Source: Cyanobacteria bacterium P01_F01_bin.150 (lineage in GTDB: Bacteria; Cyanobacteriota; Cyanobacteriia; CAKZMO01). Taken from it: 64,000 nt of DNA. Position numbers and translations under genes: made by a program. Each line of letters opens with the position of its first letter. Within the stretch, counting starts at the first letter, position 1. Positions 63,207 through 64,000 of the stretch are shown in pieces. Where the stretch lies: positions 96,001 through 160,000 of the forward strand of contig JBCCYL010000002.1 of NCBI GenBank assembly GCA_039189765.1. The letters are read 5' to 3'. The notes below the pieces were generated by a model. That model was not told the DNA's origin. It saw only the letters and a list, made by a program, of their open reading frames with translations, and made no database searches.

Positions 63207-64000
63207 ATGGTTTCCTCCCCTCCCACCGAATCCAATCCCAAATGCCATATTGACCGAGAACCGATTGAGGTGATATCGGTTCAGCAGCCGTTAAATAACG
63301 ACGTGAGTTTGGTCTTGGTGCAGATTCCAGAGGGGGATTTTATGATGGGGTCCCCAGAAGATGAACTCGAACGAAGCGATGCAGAAGGGCCGCAGCACCC
63401 GGTGCATATTCAGGAATTTTGGATGGGGCAATATCCCGTAACCCAGGCAGAATGGCGCATTGTGGCCAGCTATCGCAAAGTAAACCATGACTTAGCGGCT
63501 GCCCCCTCCGAATTCAAAGGAGATCGATTGCCCGTCGAGAACGTGTCTTGGGATGATGCGGTGGAGTTTTGTCAGCGCCTCTCCCAAAACACCGGATTGA
63601 ACTATCGCCTCCCCACCGAAGCCGAATGGGAATACGCCTGTCGAGCTAAAACCACAACCCCCTTCCATTTTGGCAAAACCATCACCACTGAGTATGCCAA
63701 CTATCGAGGAACCGATGATGAGTATGGAAATTCTGGTTCCTATGGGGGTGGCCCCAAAGGGGGCTATCGAGAGGAAACAACTTCTGTAGGCTCCTTTGAG
63801 GTCACTAACCACTTTGGCCTTGCCGATATGCACGGCAATGTGTGGGAGTGGTGCCAGGACCACTGGCATGACAACTATAAGGATGCCCCCTCCGATGGCA
63901 GTGCTTGGCTGGGCAACACCCCACAAAGTATTAATATGCGTGTAATTCGTGGCGGGTCTTGGCTCGATCGTCCATGGTACTGTCGGTCTGCCTATCGTGG
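63207..64000 (+). CDS. Stand-alone FGE-sulfatase/CLec-fold protein, truncated by window end (VR begins 63948)
   Basis: Manual translation MVSSPPTESNPK...FMMGSPEDE...YRLPTEAEWEYACRA...DMHGNVWEW...RGGSWLDRPWYCRSAYR; not in the ORF track because no stop lies in the window. Confidence 0.9.
   Translation, partial: MVSSPPTESNPKCHIDREPIEVISVQQPLNNDVSLVLVQIPEGDFMMGSPEDELERSDAEGPQHPVHIQEFWMGQYPVTQAEWRIVASYRKVNHDLAAAPSEFKGDRLPVENVSWDDAVEFCQRLSQNTGLNYRLPTEAEWEYACRAKTTTPFHFGKTITTEYANYRGTDDEYGNSGSYGGGPKGGYREETTSVGSFEVTNHFGLADMHGNVWEWCQDHWHDNYKDAPSDGSAWLGNTPQSINMRVIRGGSWLDRPWYCRSAYR

Noticed and set aside
54714..64000. DGR reverse transcriptase, Avd or template repeat within the window
   Set aside because: No ORF with RT motifs and no AAC-rich copy of the VR seen; all four copies are coding, mutated versions.
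57915..64000. FGE genes as true formylglycine-generating enzymes for sulfatase maturation
   Set aside because: No sulfatase nearby, the catalytic Cys pair around RGGS is not evident, and the would-be active-site region is the hypervariable one.
1..64000. Frequent GCGATCGC octamers as a novel repeat
   Set aside because: This is the well-known cyanobacterial HIP1 sequence.

Overview
Cyanobacterial chromosomal window (frequent HIP1 octamer GCGATCGC; ycf54, labA-type NYN, class II fba, PucC-type MFS, DUF1830/DUF2811). Most of 1-38 kb is housekeeping (pepP, egtC-like, yidD, lptA, leuA, purN, ffh-rpsP-khpA-phoH, rpmB, clpS, fba), with one decayed exonuclease/ATPase pseudogene and several small MITE-like elements. 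Highlights: (1) 54.7-64 kb is a ternary conflict-type operon (nucleosidase-VMAP, MoxR AAA+, vWA-FGE) followed by at least three stand-alone FGE/CLec-fold genes. All four FGE 3' ends share a 117-bp scaffold that varies mainly at codon positions 1-2 of NNC/NNT codons, the footprint of diversity-generating retroelement (DGR) mutagenesis; no RT or template repeat is in the window. A RAYT/REP remnant sits inside this array. (2) An ABC transporter + M20 amidohydrolase + GGCT-like cluster lies behind tandem NtcA-type boxes. (3) A helically phased DnaA-box-like cluster with no dnaA/dnaN in the window. (4) An AT-rich NTPase-TPR gene. All calls come from reading the sequence; no database searches were run.
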